In this document: positions 1 through 8,182 of the stretch, in pieces
Numbering within the stretch: position 1 is the first letter of the stretch
Layout: every line of letters begins with the position of its first letter
NCBI GenBank assembly: GCA_038239305.1
Contig: JBBSEW010000013.1
Coordinates: 4,245 to 68,244 of the forward strand
DNA: 64,000 bases
Source: Thermoanaerobaculia bacterium
GTDB lineage: Bacteria; Acidobacteriota; Thermoanaerobaculia; UBA5066; Gp7-AA6
Direction: 5' to 3'
Program-made: the position numbers and the translations under genes
Notes under the pieces: model-generated
What the model saw: the letters and a program-made list of their open reading frames with translations, nothing else
Database searches by the model: none
Told to the model about the DNA's origin: nothing

Positions 1-734
1 AACAGGGCGGAGACAGCTGGTTCTTCATCACAGCCGACTACGCGTTCGGCGCTTCCCTCGAGAGCAACACCGCGGACGTCGTCAAGGCAAACGGCGGCCA
101 GGTCCTCGGCTCCGTGAAGCACCCGCTCGGAACCACGGATTTCTCCTCCTACCTGCTCCAGGCCCAGGCGTCGAAGGCAAAAGTCATCGGCCTTGCCAAC
201 GCGGGAGCCGACACGATCAACACGATCAAGTCCGCAAGCGAGTTCGGCATCACGAAAGGCGGGCAACAGCTCGCCGCCCTGCTCGTTTTCATCACCGACA
301 TCCACGCCCTCGGGCTTCCGGCGACCCAGGGCCTCCTCGTGACCGAGGGCTGGTACTGGGACCTGAATCCGGAGACCCGGAAGTTCGGCCAGCGCTTCCT
401 CGCGAAATTCAAGTCCGAGCCCACGATGGACCAGGCCGCCGTGTACTCCTCGGTGTCGAGCTACCTCAAAGCCGTCCAGGCCGCGGGGACCGACGAATCA
501 AACGCGGTCATGGCGAAGCTCAAATCCACTCCCATCAACGACGTCTTCGCGAAGGGCGGGACGATCCGCGCCGACGGACGCATGATCCACGACATGTACC
601 TCATGCAGGTCAAGAAGCCGGCCGAGTCGAAAGGCGCGTGGGACTACTACAACGTCAAGGCGACGATCCCGGGGGACCAGGCGTTCCAGCCGCTGTCGAA
701 GAGCACCTGCTCCATGGTGACTCCGGCCAAGTGA
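1..734 (+). CDS. ABC transporter substrate-binding protein, Leu/Ile/Val-binding (LivJ/K-like) family; 5' end cut by window edge
   Basis: Frame-3 reading frame is open from the window start (..GDSWFFITADYAFGASLESNT..KHPLGTTDFSSYLLQAQASKAKVIGLANAG..). It is followed directly by LivH/LivM-type permease genes. Confidence 0.8.
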   Translation, partial: QGGDSWFFITADYAFGASLESNTADVVKANGGQVLGSVKHPLGTTDFSSYLLQAQASKAKVIGLANAGADTINTIKSASEFGITKGGQQLAALLVFITDIHALGLPATQGLLVTEGWYWDLNPETRKFGQRFLAKFKSEPTMDQAAVYSSVSSYLKAVQAAGTDESNAVMAKLKSTPINDVFAKGGTIRADGRMIHDMYLMQVKKPAESKGAWDYYNVKATIPGDQAFQPLSKSTCSMVTPAK

Positions 735-768
735 CCACGCTCCGGCGAGCCCCGACGGGAGAACAGAA

Positions 769-1647
769 ATGAGAAGCGTGCCCTTTCAGGCGCTCGCCGG
801 CCAGGCGCTGGTCGGGCTCGTGAACGGCTCCTTCTACGCTCTGCTGTCGCTGGGGCTCGCGGTGATCTTCGGCCTCCTGAACATCATCAACTTCGCGCAC
901 GGGGCGCTGTACATGCTCGGAGCGTTCGGCGCGTGGATCCTCCTTCACCACGCCGGAGTCGGCTATGGCTGGGCGCTTCTGCTCTCGCCCCTCGCCGTCG
1001 GCCTCGTAGGGGTACTCGTCGAGCGCACGATGCTCCGCCGGCTCTACCGGCTCGATCCCCTCTACGGCCTGCTGCTCACGTTCGGCCTCGCTCTCATCCT
1101 CGAGGGCCTGTTCATCAATGCCTACGGCGTCTCGGGCCTCCCCTACGAGATCCCGGAGTGGATTTCCGGGGCGTTCAACCTGGGCTTCATGTTCCTGCCG
1201 AAGTATCGCGCGTGGGTCGTTCTCACGTCCGTCGCGTTGTGCCTGACGACCTGGTTCATGATCGAACGGACGCGCCTCGGCTCCTCTCTTCGCGCGTCGA
1301 CCGAAAATCCGCGGCTCGCCCAGGCGCTCGGCATCAACGTCCCGCTCCTCGTGACGCTCACCTTCGGCTTCGGTGTGGCCCTCGCCGGCCTCGCCGGAGT
1401 GATGGCCGCGCCGATCTACCAGGTCCAGCCGCTCATGGGCTCGAACCTCATCATCGTCGTGTTCGCCGTCGTCGTCATCGGCGGCATGGGCTCCATCCTG
1501 GGCTCGATCGTCACGGGCCTCGGCCTCGGATTGATCGAAGGGCTCGCGAAGGTGTACTACCCGGCGGCCTCCTCGACCGTCGTGTTCGTCATCATGGCGC
1601 TCGTGCTCCTCATCCGCCCGGCCGGACTCTTCGGACGGGAGAAATAG
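769..1647 (+). CDS. branched-chain amino acid ABC transporter permease (LivH-like)
   Basis: 292 aa polytopic membrane protein (..LLNIINFAHGALYMLGAF..VVVIGGMGSILGSIV..). High GC3. 35 nt after the binding-protein gene. Confidence 0.85.
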   Translation: MRSVPFQALAGQALVGLVNGSFYALLSLGLAVIFGLLNIINFAHGALYMLGAFGAWILLHHAGVGYGWALLLSPLAVGLVGVLVERTMLRRLYRLDPLYGLLLTFGLALILEGLFINAYGVSGLPYEIPEWISGAFNLGFMFLPKYRAWVVLTSVALCLTTWFMIERTRLGSSLRASTENPRLAQALGINVPLLVTLTFGFGVALAGLAGVMAAPIYQVQPLMGSNLIIVVFAVVVIGGMGSILGSIVTGLGLGLIEGLAKVYYPAASSTVVFVIMALVLLIRPAGLFGREK

Positions 1648-1651
1648 CGCG

Positions 1652-2584
1652 GTGACGGCCACCCCGGCGAGACTCCGAACGATCGCGCTGCTGGCGCTCC
1701 TCGCGGCGGCCGTCCTGGCGCCGCTCGCCGGCGTATATCCGATCTTTCTGATGAAGTGCGTCTGCTTCGCGCTCTTCGCTTGCGCCTTCAACCTCCTGAT
1801 CGGGTTCACGGGCCTCCTGTCCTTCGGACACGCGGCGTTTTTCGGAACGGCCGCGTACCTTTGCGGATACGCGACGAAAGAGCTTCACACGACGCTCGAG
1901 GTCGGGCTTCTCCTGGGAGTCGCGGCCTCCACCGTGCTCGGGCTCCTGATCGGCTGGCTCGCCGTGCGGCGGCAGGGAATTTACTTCGCCATGATCACCC
2001 TCGCCCTCGCCCAGATGGTGTATTTCCTCTTGGTCCAGGCGCCGTTCACGCACGCGGAAGACGGCCTCCAGGAGATCCCGAGAAGCAGCCTCTTCGGCCT
2101 TCTCTCTCTGCGCAACGATCTCGTCATGTACTACGTCGTGCTGGCGATTTTCCTCGGAGCGTTCTGGCTCATCCATCGCGTGATCCATTCCCCGTTCGGA
2201 CAGGTGCTCCAGGCGATCCGGGAAAACGAGCCGCGCGCGCTGTCGCTCGGATATGACGTGCACCGCTACAAGCTGCTGGCGTTCGTTCTGTCCGCCGGCC
2301 TGTCCGGGCTCGCCGGAGCGCTCAAGGCCCAGTCCGTCGGACTCGCGACCCTGACGGACGCCCACTGGCATCAATCGGGAGAAGTCGTCCTCATGACCCT
2401 CCTGGGAGGCATGGGCACGATCTTCGGGCCCGTCATCGGCGCCTTCGCGATCACCGGCATCGAGAACTATTTCGCGGGATTCGGATCGTGGGTCACGGTC
2501 ATCACGGGCTCGATCTTCGTCCTGTGCGTCCTGGCCTTCCGCCGCGGCATCGCCGGCGAAATAGCCGCCCGATTCCGGAAGTAG
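1652..2584 (+). CDS. branched-chain amino acid ABC transporter permease (LivM-like)
   Basis: 310 aa, GTG start 5 nt after the LivH-like stop. Motifs LIGFTGLLSFGHAAFFG and LLGGMGTIFGPVIGA are typical of LivM. Confidence 0.85.
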   Translation: MTATPARLRTIALLALLAAAVLAPLAGVYPIFLMKCVCFALFACAFNLLIGFTGLLSFGHAAFFGTAAYLCGYATKELHTTLEVGLLLGVAASTVLGLLIGWLAVRRQGIYFAMITLALAQMVYFLLVQAPFTHAEDGLQEIPRSSLFGLLSLRNDLVMYYVVLAIFLGAFWLIHRVIHSPFGQVLQAIRENEPRALSLGYDVHRYKLLAFVLSAGLSGLAGALKAQSVGLATLTDAHWHQSGEVVLMTLLGGMGTIFGPVIGAFAITGIENYFAGFGSWVTVITGSIFVLCVLAFRRGIAGEIAARFRK

Positions 2585-2671
2585 TCGCTCGCGAACTCCC
2601 GGGGATGCCTGCCTGACATCCAGAGTCGCTTCAGCCGTCGCGCCCCGCCGGCTATTCGGGGTGACCGGATC

Positions 2672-3058
2672 TCAAGACGACGCGGGCCGGCGCATCGGGA
2701 TGAGGGTCCGGAGCCGGGCCTCGCGCAGATACAGGCCGAGCCACACGAGGATCCCGAGGACTACCTGAACCACAAACGGATCGCCGACTCGCAGGTGGGT
2801 GCAGATGGCGCCCCCGACGTACCCGGTCAGGAGAATGGCGCCCAGCACGGAGGTCACGGGGATCAGGTAGATCACCACGCACGAGATCTCGAGGATGGCG
2901 AGCGGCGTGACGAGGGATTCCGGAAGGCCGAGGTGCGCTATCCCCCTGGCCAGTTCCGGGCCGCCCTTGAGCTTCAGCGCCGCGCTGAATAGAAAGACCA
3001 GGGACACGAGGATCGAGATCCCGCGACCGATCCAGACCATTTTTCGGCTGATTGCCAT
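2672..3058 (-). CDS. DoxX-like small membrane protein
   Basis: 128 aa with four hydrophobic helices; overall DoxX-like pattern (..LKLKGGPE..LPESLVTPLAILEI..GAILLTGYVGGAI..). Confidence 0.55.
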   Translation of the reverse strand: MAISRKMVWIGRGISILVSLVFLFSAALKLKGGPELARGIAHLGLPESLVTPLAILEISCVVIYLIPVTSVLGAILLTGYVGGAICTHLRVGDPFVVQVVLGILVWLGLYLREARLRTLIPMRRPASS

Positions 3059-3106
3059 GGATGTCTCCCGAGCGCCGTGCGCTGAAGTCTGCTGACTCTA
3101 CCTCGC

Positions 3107-3188
3107 GGCTCTCGGCTCTCGGCTGTCAGCAGTCAGCAGTCAGCAGTCAGCAGTCGCAGTCAGCAGTCGCAGTCAGCAGTCAGACGTC
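3107..3188. repeat. tandem heptamer array (GGCTCTC x2, GGCTGTC, AGCAGTC x7 with two 6-nt variants)
   Basis: Read directly: ggctctcggctctcggctgtcagcagtcagcagtcagcagtcagcagtcgcagtcagcagtcgcagtcagcagtcagacgtc. Lies in the spacer between the yciI-like stop and the doxX-like start. Confidence 0.9.
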
Positions 3189-3195
3189 GGCGGCG

Positions 3196-3630
3196 TTACG
3201 GTTTCTTCTTTCCTTCCATCCGTGCCCGAAGCTGATCCTTCCGTTCCCGACGCTCCTGCGCGATCTCCACGCCGAAGTCCTCGAACTCGAGGATCTGGCG
3301 AATTTCGACCTCGGACTCGCCGTCGGGAGAGGGATTCGGGGACCGCTTGACCCACTCGATCGCTTCCTCGAGAGACCTCACCTGGATCAGCGAGAATCCC
3401 GCGACGAGCTCCTTGGTCTCCGCAAACGGCCCGTCGACGACGGAGCGCTTCGCTCCCGAAAACCGGACGCGAACGCCCCTGGAGCTCGACTGAAGTCCTT
3501 CGGCCGCAAGAAGTACCCCCGCCTTCACCAGCTCCTCGTTGTACCTGCCCCATTCATCCATCAGCTTCTGGTCAGGCGGGATCCCGGCTTCCGACTCCTT
3601 GTTCGCCTTCACGATGACCATGAATCGCAT
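3196..3630 (-). CDS. YciI-family (DGPF-type) protein
   Basis: MRFMVIVKANKESEAG..YNEELVKAGVLLAAEGL..VVDGPFAETKELVAGFSLIQVRSLEEAIEW is the YciI/DGPF pattern. I chose the internal ATG at 3630 because the upstream part of the ORF is low complexity. Confidence 0.7.
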   Translation of the reverse strand: MRFMVIVKANKESEAGIPPDQKLMDEWGRYNEELVKAGVLLAAEGLQSSSRGVRVRFSGAKRSVVDGPFAETKELVAGFSLIQVRSLEEAIEWVKRSPNPSPDGESEVEIRQILEFEDFGVEIAQERRERKDQLRARMEGKKKP

Positions 3631-3905
3631 TTTGCCGGCCTCCTTTTCGTTTCGAGCTCCGAGCGGTTTCGCCTCGCGATCCCGTCTCCTGTCATCACGA
3701 CGAACGGCCCCAGCCCGGATCGACATCGAGTCAAGCTTTTCTGGACCGTATTCGCTCAGTGCTGATTCCCATCGACTTGTTTTCCGAAGAATCCTCGAAC
3801 GGGGTGCCCCGAGTCACCGAATTCTTCCAGCGCGGCGTCACGGTCCGGCCGCCGCCGCCGGCCGAGGGCTCCAGGCAGGCGTCCGTCACATGCCCAAGGA
3901 TCGCT

Positions 3906-4107
3906 TTCCCCCTCTCCCGGCGGGAGAGGGCCGGGGTGAGGGGCGCTCTCCTCCGATCCTCCGATCACCCGATTCCCCTGATTGATCACCCGATCACCCG
4001 ATCACCCGATCACCCGATTCTGAATAAAGGGAGCGCTCCCCCGATTCCCCACTGGTTCGACCCCCCGATTGATCGCGAGATCATGGGATCGGGAGATCGC
4101 GAGATTC
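3906..4107 (+). repeat. composite intergenic element, copy A (hairpin CCCTCTCCC-GGC-GGGAGAGGG at 3910-3930, GGGGTGAGGGG, GATCACCC 8-mer array, GATCGCGAGAT block)
   Basis: Aligns by eye with the reverse complement of 47765-47994. ORFs overlapping it (DHPITRSPDHPI..) are low-complexity artefacts. Confidence 0.85.
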
Positions 4108-4176
4108 GACCTTCAAAGATCGAGGGCCCTGCGGCCCGAGCGGCTCTAACAGGCGAGACGTGGCGTCTGGCCAGCC

Positions 4177-4959
4177 TCACGCCATGTGCCAGCCGTGGCT
4201 GACGACGACCGACTGGCCGGACAGGGCATTCGTCGGGAACGATGCCAGGAAGACGGCGACCTCGGCGACATCGGCGGTCGTCGTGAATTCGCCGTCGATC
4301 GTTTCCTTGAGCATGACCTTGCGGATGACGTCTTCTTCCGGGATCCCGAGCACCTTCGCCTGCTCGGGGATCTGCTTGTCGACGAGTGCCGTGCGTACGA
4401 ATCCCGGACAGATGACGTTCGCGCGAACACCGTGCGGGGCGCCTTCCTTCGCGACGACGCGCGCGAGGCCGAGGAGACCGTGCTTGGCGGTCACGTAAGG
4501 CGCCTTCAGGACCGACGCTTCCCTGGAGTGGACGGAGCCCATGTAGAGGATCGAGCCGCCGCTCCCCCGACTGTACATTTCCCGCAGGCACGCCCGTGTC
4601 GTGAGAAACGCGCCATCGAGCTGAACAGCCAGCATCGTCTTCCAGTCTTCGAACCGGAGGTCGACGACGGGCGCGATGTGCTGGGTGCCCGCGTTGCTGA
4701 CCAGAACGTCCACGGTGCCGAGCTCTTCGATCGCGCGGCGGATTCCGGCCTCGACCGGTTCCTCGCGGGCGACGTCCATGGCGATCGCCACCGCGCGGCC
4801 GCCCTCCCGCTCGATCTCGCGCGCGACAGTGGCCGCCGGCTCGAGATGGATGTCCGCGACCGCGACTCGGGCGCCCTCGCGCGCGAAGGTGAGCGCGATC
4901 TCCCGGCCGATTCCGTTCGCCGCGCCCGTCACGACCGCGACCTTGTCCCGCATGCGCAT
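4177..4959 (-). CDS. bdhA: 3-hydroxybutyrate dehydrogenase-like short-chain dehydrogenase/reductase
   Basis: [12 protein letters not shown] Rossmann motif, NAG, and [33 protein letters not shown] closely resemble BdhA-type SDRs. ATG at 4959 is preceded by GAGGAG. Confidence 0.7.
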   Translation of the reverse strand: MRMRDKVAVVTGAANGIGREIALTFAREGARVAVADIHLEPAATVAREIEREGGRAVAIAMDVAREEPVEAGIRRAIEELGTVDVLVSNAGTQHIAPVVDLRFEDWKTMLAVQLDGAFLTTRACLREMYSRGSGGSILYMGSVHSREASVLKAPYVTAKHGLLGLARVVAKEGAPHGVRANVICPGFVRTALVDKQIPEQAKVLGIPEEDVIRKVMLKETIDGEFTTTADVAEVAVFLASFPTNALSGQSVVVSHGWHMA

Positions 4960-4990
4960 GGCGTCGACTCCTCGCACAGGATTCCCGGTG

Positions 4991-6049
4991 CTACCGGCGG
5001 GCAGGCGGGAGGCGCGTTTCGCCCCTCGCCGGCTGCTGGCGCGTCAGGCAGTGGATCGTGCCGAGACCCCACACGAGATCTCCCGCGTGGATACCGACGA
5101 CCGGCCGGTCGGGGAAGAGGTCTCCGAGGATCCCCAGCGCCTCGCGATCGTTCTCGTCGTTGAACGTCGGGACGAGCACCGCGGCGTTGGCGACGTAGAA
5201 ATTCGCGTAGGACGCGGGAAGCCGTCGGCCGTCGAACACCACGGGCGACGGCATCGGGAGGGCCACGACTTCCGGGCGCGATCCGTCCTCGAGGCGGAGC
5301 CCCTCGAGGCGCTCGCGGTTCTCCTCGAGAGGCAGATGGTTTTCGTCCGAGGGATCGGGCTCACGGCAGAGGACGAGCGTCCTGGCGTCCGTGAAACGGC
5401 AGAGGTCGTCCACGTGGCCGTGGGTGTCGTCCCCCGTGATCCCGCGGGAGAGCCACAGGACGTTCGACGCGCCAAGGTCATCGCGAAACACCCGCTCGTA
5501 GTCCTGCCGCGTGAAGCCCGGATTGCGGACCTGAACGGCCGGATCGAGCAGGCACTCCTCGGTCGTGACGAGAGAGCCGCGTCCGTTGACGTCGATCGAA
5601 CCCCCTTCGAGCACGACCTCGCGGCCCCCCTGCCCCGGCAGGACACGGAGGTCGAGCGCGCGAGCGACCCGTCCGGGAACTTTCACATCCCGTCTCCAGT
5701 CCGGATATCGCGCCCAGCCGTTGAAGAGAAACTGCCGCACGGCGACCTCGGGCCTCGCTCCTCCGCGGCGGACGAACGCCGGCCCGGAATCCCGCGTCCA
5801 GCCGCGGTCGGTCGGAATGCGAAAGAGCTCGAAGCGCGACGGGTCGAGTCCGGAGCGCGCGAGAATCTTTCGGACACCCGCCTCGTGCGCCGCGTCCTCG
5901 ACGAGAATCCGGAGCGTCTCTCCGCGTGTGATCCACCGCGCGATCTCCGCGTACGCCCAGGGTATCGGCCCGAACCGGCCGGGCCAGTCGGTCCTGTTGT
6001 GCGGCCATCCGATCCAGGTCGCCTCGTGGGGCTCCCACTCGGCCGGCAT
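4991..6049 (-). CDS. aguA: agmatine deiminase
   Basis: [63 protein letters not shown], ending in the catalytic Cys motif. Only the last 352 codons of the 935-aa track ORF are used. Confidence 0.85.
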   Translation of the reverse strand: MPAEWEPHEATWIGWPHNRTDWPGRFGPIPWAYAEIARWITRGETLRILVEDAAHEAGVRKILARSGLDPSRFELFRIPTDRGWTRDSGPAFVRRGGARPEVAVRQFLFNGWARYPDWRRDVKVPGRVARALDLRVLPGQGGREVVLEGGSIDVNGRGSLVTTEECLLDPAVQVRNPGFTRQDYERVFRDDLGASNVLWLSRGITGDDTHGHVDDLCRFTDARTLVLCREPDPSDENHLPLEENRERLEGLRLEDGSRPEVVALPMPSPVVFDGRRLPASYANFYVANAAVLVPTFNDENDREALGILGDLFPDRPVVGIHAGDLVWGLGTIHCLTRQQPARGETRLPPARR

Positions 6050-6147
6050 CCGGAAGGAGCCCGAACCGTTCGAGGCGGGCTTCCCCGCCGCCGGCCGCGA
6101 TGCCGCCGACGCCGTTCGACCGGTCGCGCGACGGCGGGGTTTCTTCT

Positions 6148-7068
6148 TCAGCGGCGTTCGCTCCCCGGCTCCACGTCCAGAAACCGGCGCGTGATTCCCT
6201 GGTAAGCGTCGATCCGGCGATCCCGTAGAAAGGGCCAGTTGCGGCGGACGTCTTCGATCCGCGCCGGATCGACCTCCGCGATCAGGATTTCTTCGCGCTC
6301 CGACGAGGCGTGCGCGACGAGGACGCCCTGGGGGTCGGCGACGAAGGAGTGGCCCCAGAACTCGATGCCCGCGCCGCCGCCGGGGGGTTTCTCGTGTCCC
6401 ACGCGATTGACGGCCGCGACATAGATCCCGTTCGCGATCGCGTGCCCGCGCTGGACGGTCATCCAGGCGTCGAGTTGTGCCGCGCCCTGCTCGGCTTTCT
6501 CGTGCGGGTGCCAACCGATGGCCGTCGGATAGAAGAGGACGCTCGCTCCCTGGAGCGCCGCGAGGCGCGCGCCCTCCGGATACCACTGGTCCCAGCAGAT
6601 CAGTGTCGCGACCCGACCCGGCCGGGTGTCGAACGCGGGGAAGCCGAGGTCGCCCGGCGTGAAATAGAACTTCTCGTAGTAGGCGGGATCGTCCGGGATG
6701 TGCATTTTTCTGTACAGGCCGAGCATGCGGCCGTCCGAATCCAGGATTGCCGCGCTGTTGTGGTACAGCCCGGCGGCCCGCCGTTCGAACACCGGGGCGA
6801 TGACCGCTACGCCCGCTTTCCGAGCGGCCTCGCCGAGCCGCTCCGTCGACGGGCCCGGTACGGGCTCCGCCAGGTCGAACGTCGCCGGATCTTCTGTCTG
6901 GCAGAAGTACTGCGACCGGAAGAGCTCGGGCAGGCACACGAGATCGGCGCCGGCCTTCGCCGCGTCCGCCACCCTCTCCACCGCCTTCTCGAGGTTCTCG
7001 TCGGGGTCCGGTCCGCAGGACATCTGGACGAGCCCGATCCGAAACGTTGTCGCCGCGACCGTCGCCAT
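6148..7068 (-). CDS. aguB: N-carbamoylputrescine amidase (nitrilase superfamily)
   Basis: 306 aa with ..VCLPELF..YRKMHIPDDPAYYEKFYFTPGD..ATLICWDQWYPEGAR.. (E-K-C triad context). GGGAGG RBS. Adjacent to aguA. Confidence 0.85.
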   Translation of the reverse strand: MATVAATTFRIGLVQMSCGPDPDENLEKAVERVADAAKAGADLVCLPELFRSQYFCQTEDPATFDLAEPVPGPSTERLGEAARKAGVAVIAPVFERRAAGLYHNSAAILDSDGRMLGLYRKMHIPDDPAYYEKFYFTPGDLGFPAFDTRPGRVATLICWDQWYPEGARLAALQGASVLFYPTAIGWHPHEKAEQGAAQLDAWMTVQRGHAIANGIYVAAVNRVGHEKPPGGGAGIEFWGHSFVADPQGVLVAHASSEREEILIAEVDPARIEDVRRNWPFLRDRRIDAYQGITRRFLDVEPGSERR

Positions 7069-7089
7069 TCGGGCCTCCCGGCCGGCATA

Positions 7090-8100
7090 TTAACGTCTCG
7101 CTCGTCCGCCGGTCGATCGCCTCACCGTTTTGCGAGGGCGCTTGAGGGGAGCCGGGCGCGATCCCTTCCCCGTCCGGCCGGACGCTCCCGGCTCCGGAGG
7201 AAGGGGGCTCGTGAGCTCGGCACGCATCGGCTCGAACATCGCCAGCATCTCCGTGACCGGCGGCGCCGGGTCCCCTTCCCGCATGAGAACCCAGCCTGTT
7301 TCGCGATAGACCTTGCGGCCGCGAAAACGCGCGAACGAGAGCCGCCCGCGGCGGACGTCCTCCGCAACGGTCGCGTACGAAAGGACCGTCACGCCGATCT
7401 CGTTCGAGACCATGGCCTTCATGATTTCCGCGTTCTCCGTCTCCATCGCGAGATCGAAAGCGACGTTGCGCTCGCGCAGGAAGGACTCCACCGCCTCCCG
7501 GGTTCGAGACCCGAACTCGTAGAGGATCAGGGGATAGGGGGCGAGCTCGCCCGGATCGAGCCAACCGGACCGCGTGAGCGCGTGCCCCGGAGCCGCGACG
7601 ACGACCATTTCCTCTTTCAGAACCGGCACGACGCGAAGATCCTTCTCGACGATCGGAAGCGTCAGCAGGGCGAGATCGATGTCGCGGGCCCGCAGACCCG
7701 CGAGGATCGCCTCGGAGCTTCCAGACGTGACCCGCAGGTCTACTCCCGGGAAGACCTCTCGAAAGCACTTGAGAAGGGGCGGGAGGATGTACATGCACAC
7801 GCTCATTCCACCCGCGAGCCGCAGCCGCCCGCGCCGGCCCTCGTGGACCTCGGCTATCTCGTCCCGCACGTTTTCGACCTGTCGTGCGATCCCCGCCGCG
7901 ACCCGCGCGAGCATCTCGCCGGTATGCGTGAGGGTCACTCGCCGGCCGCGCCGCAGAAGAAGGGCGCCGCGAACTTCTTTCTCGAGCATCCCGACCTGGC
8001 GGCTCACCGCGGATTGCGAGACCGAGAGCCTCTCAGCGGCCCGCGTGAAGCCGCCCTCCTGCACGACGGCGAGGAACATTTCGAGCGACCTGCTATTCAT
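7090..8100 (-). CDS. LysR-family transcriptional regulator (GltC-like arrangement, divergent from gltB) with basic C-terminal tail
   Basis: N-terminal HTH (MNSRSLEMFLAVVQEGGFTRAAERLSVSQSAVSRQV) plus a LysR substrate-binding domain. The last ~45 aa are Pro/Arg-rich. Confidence 0.85.
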   Translation of the reverse strand: MNSRSLEMFLAVVQEGGFTRAAERLSVSQSAVSRQVGMLEKEVRGALLLRRGRRVTLTHTGEMLARVAAGIARQVENVRDEIAEVHEGRRGRLRLAGGMSVCMYILPPLLKCFREVFPGVDLRVTSGSSEAILAGLRARDIDLALLTLPIVEKDLRVVPVLKEEMVVVAAPGHALTRSGWLDPGELAPYPLILYEFGSRTREAVESFLRERNVAFDLAMETENAEIMKAMVSNEIGVTVLSYATVAEDVRRGRLSFARFRGRKVYRETGWVLMREGDPAPPVTEMLAMFEPMRAELTSPLPPEPGASGRTGKGSRPAPLKRPRKTVRRSTGGRARR

Positions 8101-8131
8101 GCGTCGAACTCATCGTATTCATTTATTCATT
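8095..8131. promoter_or_regulatory. AT-rich divergent control region with three ATTCAT words (candidate LysR box / promoters)
   Basis: tgctATTCATgcgtcgaactcatcgtATTCATTTATTCATTctatttt is the most AT-rich stretch in the window. It lies between the LysR start (8100) and the gltB start (8183). Confidence 0.4.
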
Positions 8132-8182
8132 CTATTTTACTTCTGCATCGGCTGCTGCCAGGGTTGGGCGTGGGGGCCGACG

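Noticed and set aside
3756-4202. ORFs across element copy A (and 47847-48277 across copy B) encoding DHPITRSPDHPI-type peptides
   Set aside because: These are translations of the 8-mer word arrays and the hairpin. They are open on both strands, which is an artefact of repeats.
4991-7798. 935-aa minus-strand ORF
   Set aside because: Only the last 352 codons (agmatine deiminase, from ATG 6049) look like protein. The upstream part overlaps aguB and LysR in another frame and is low complexity.
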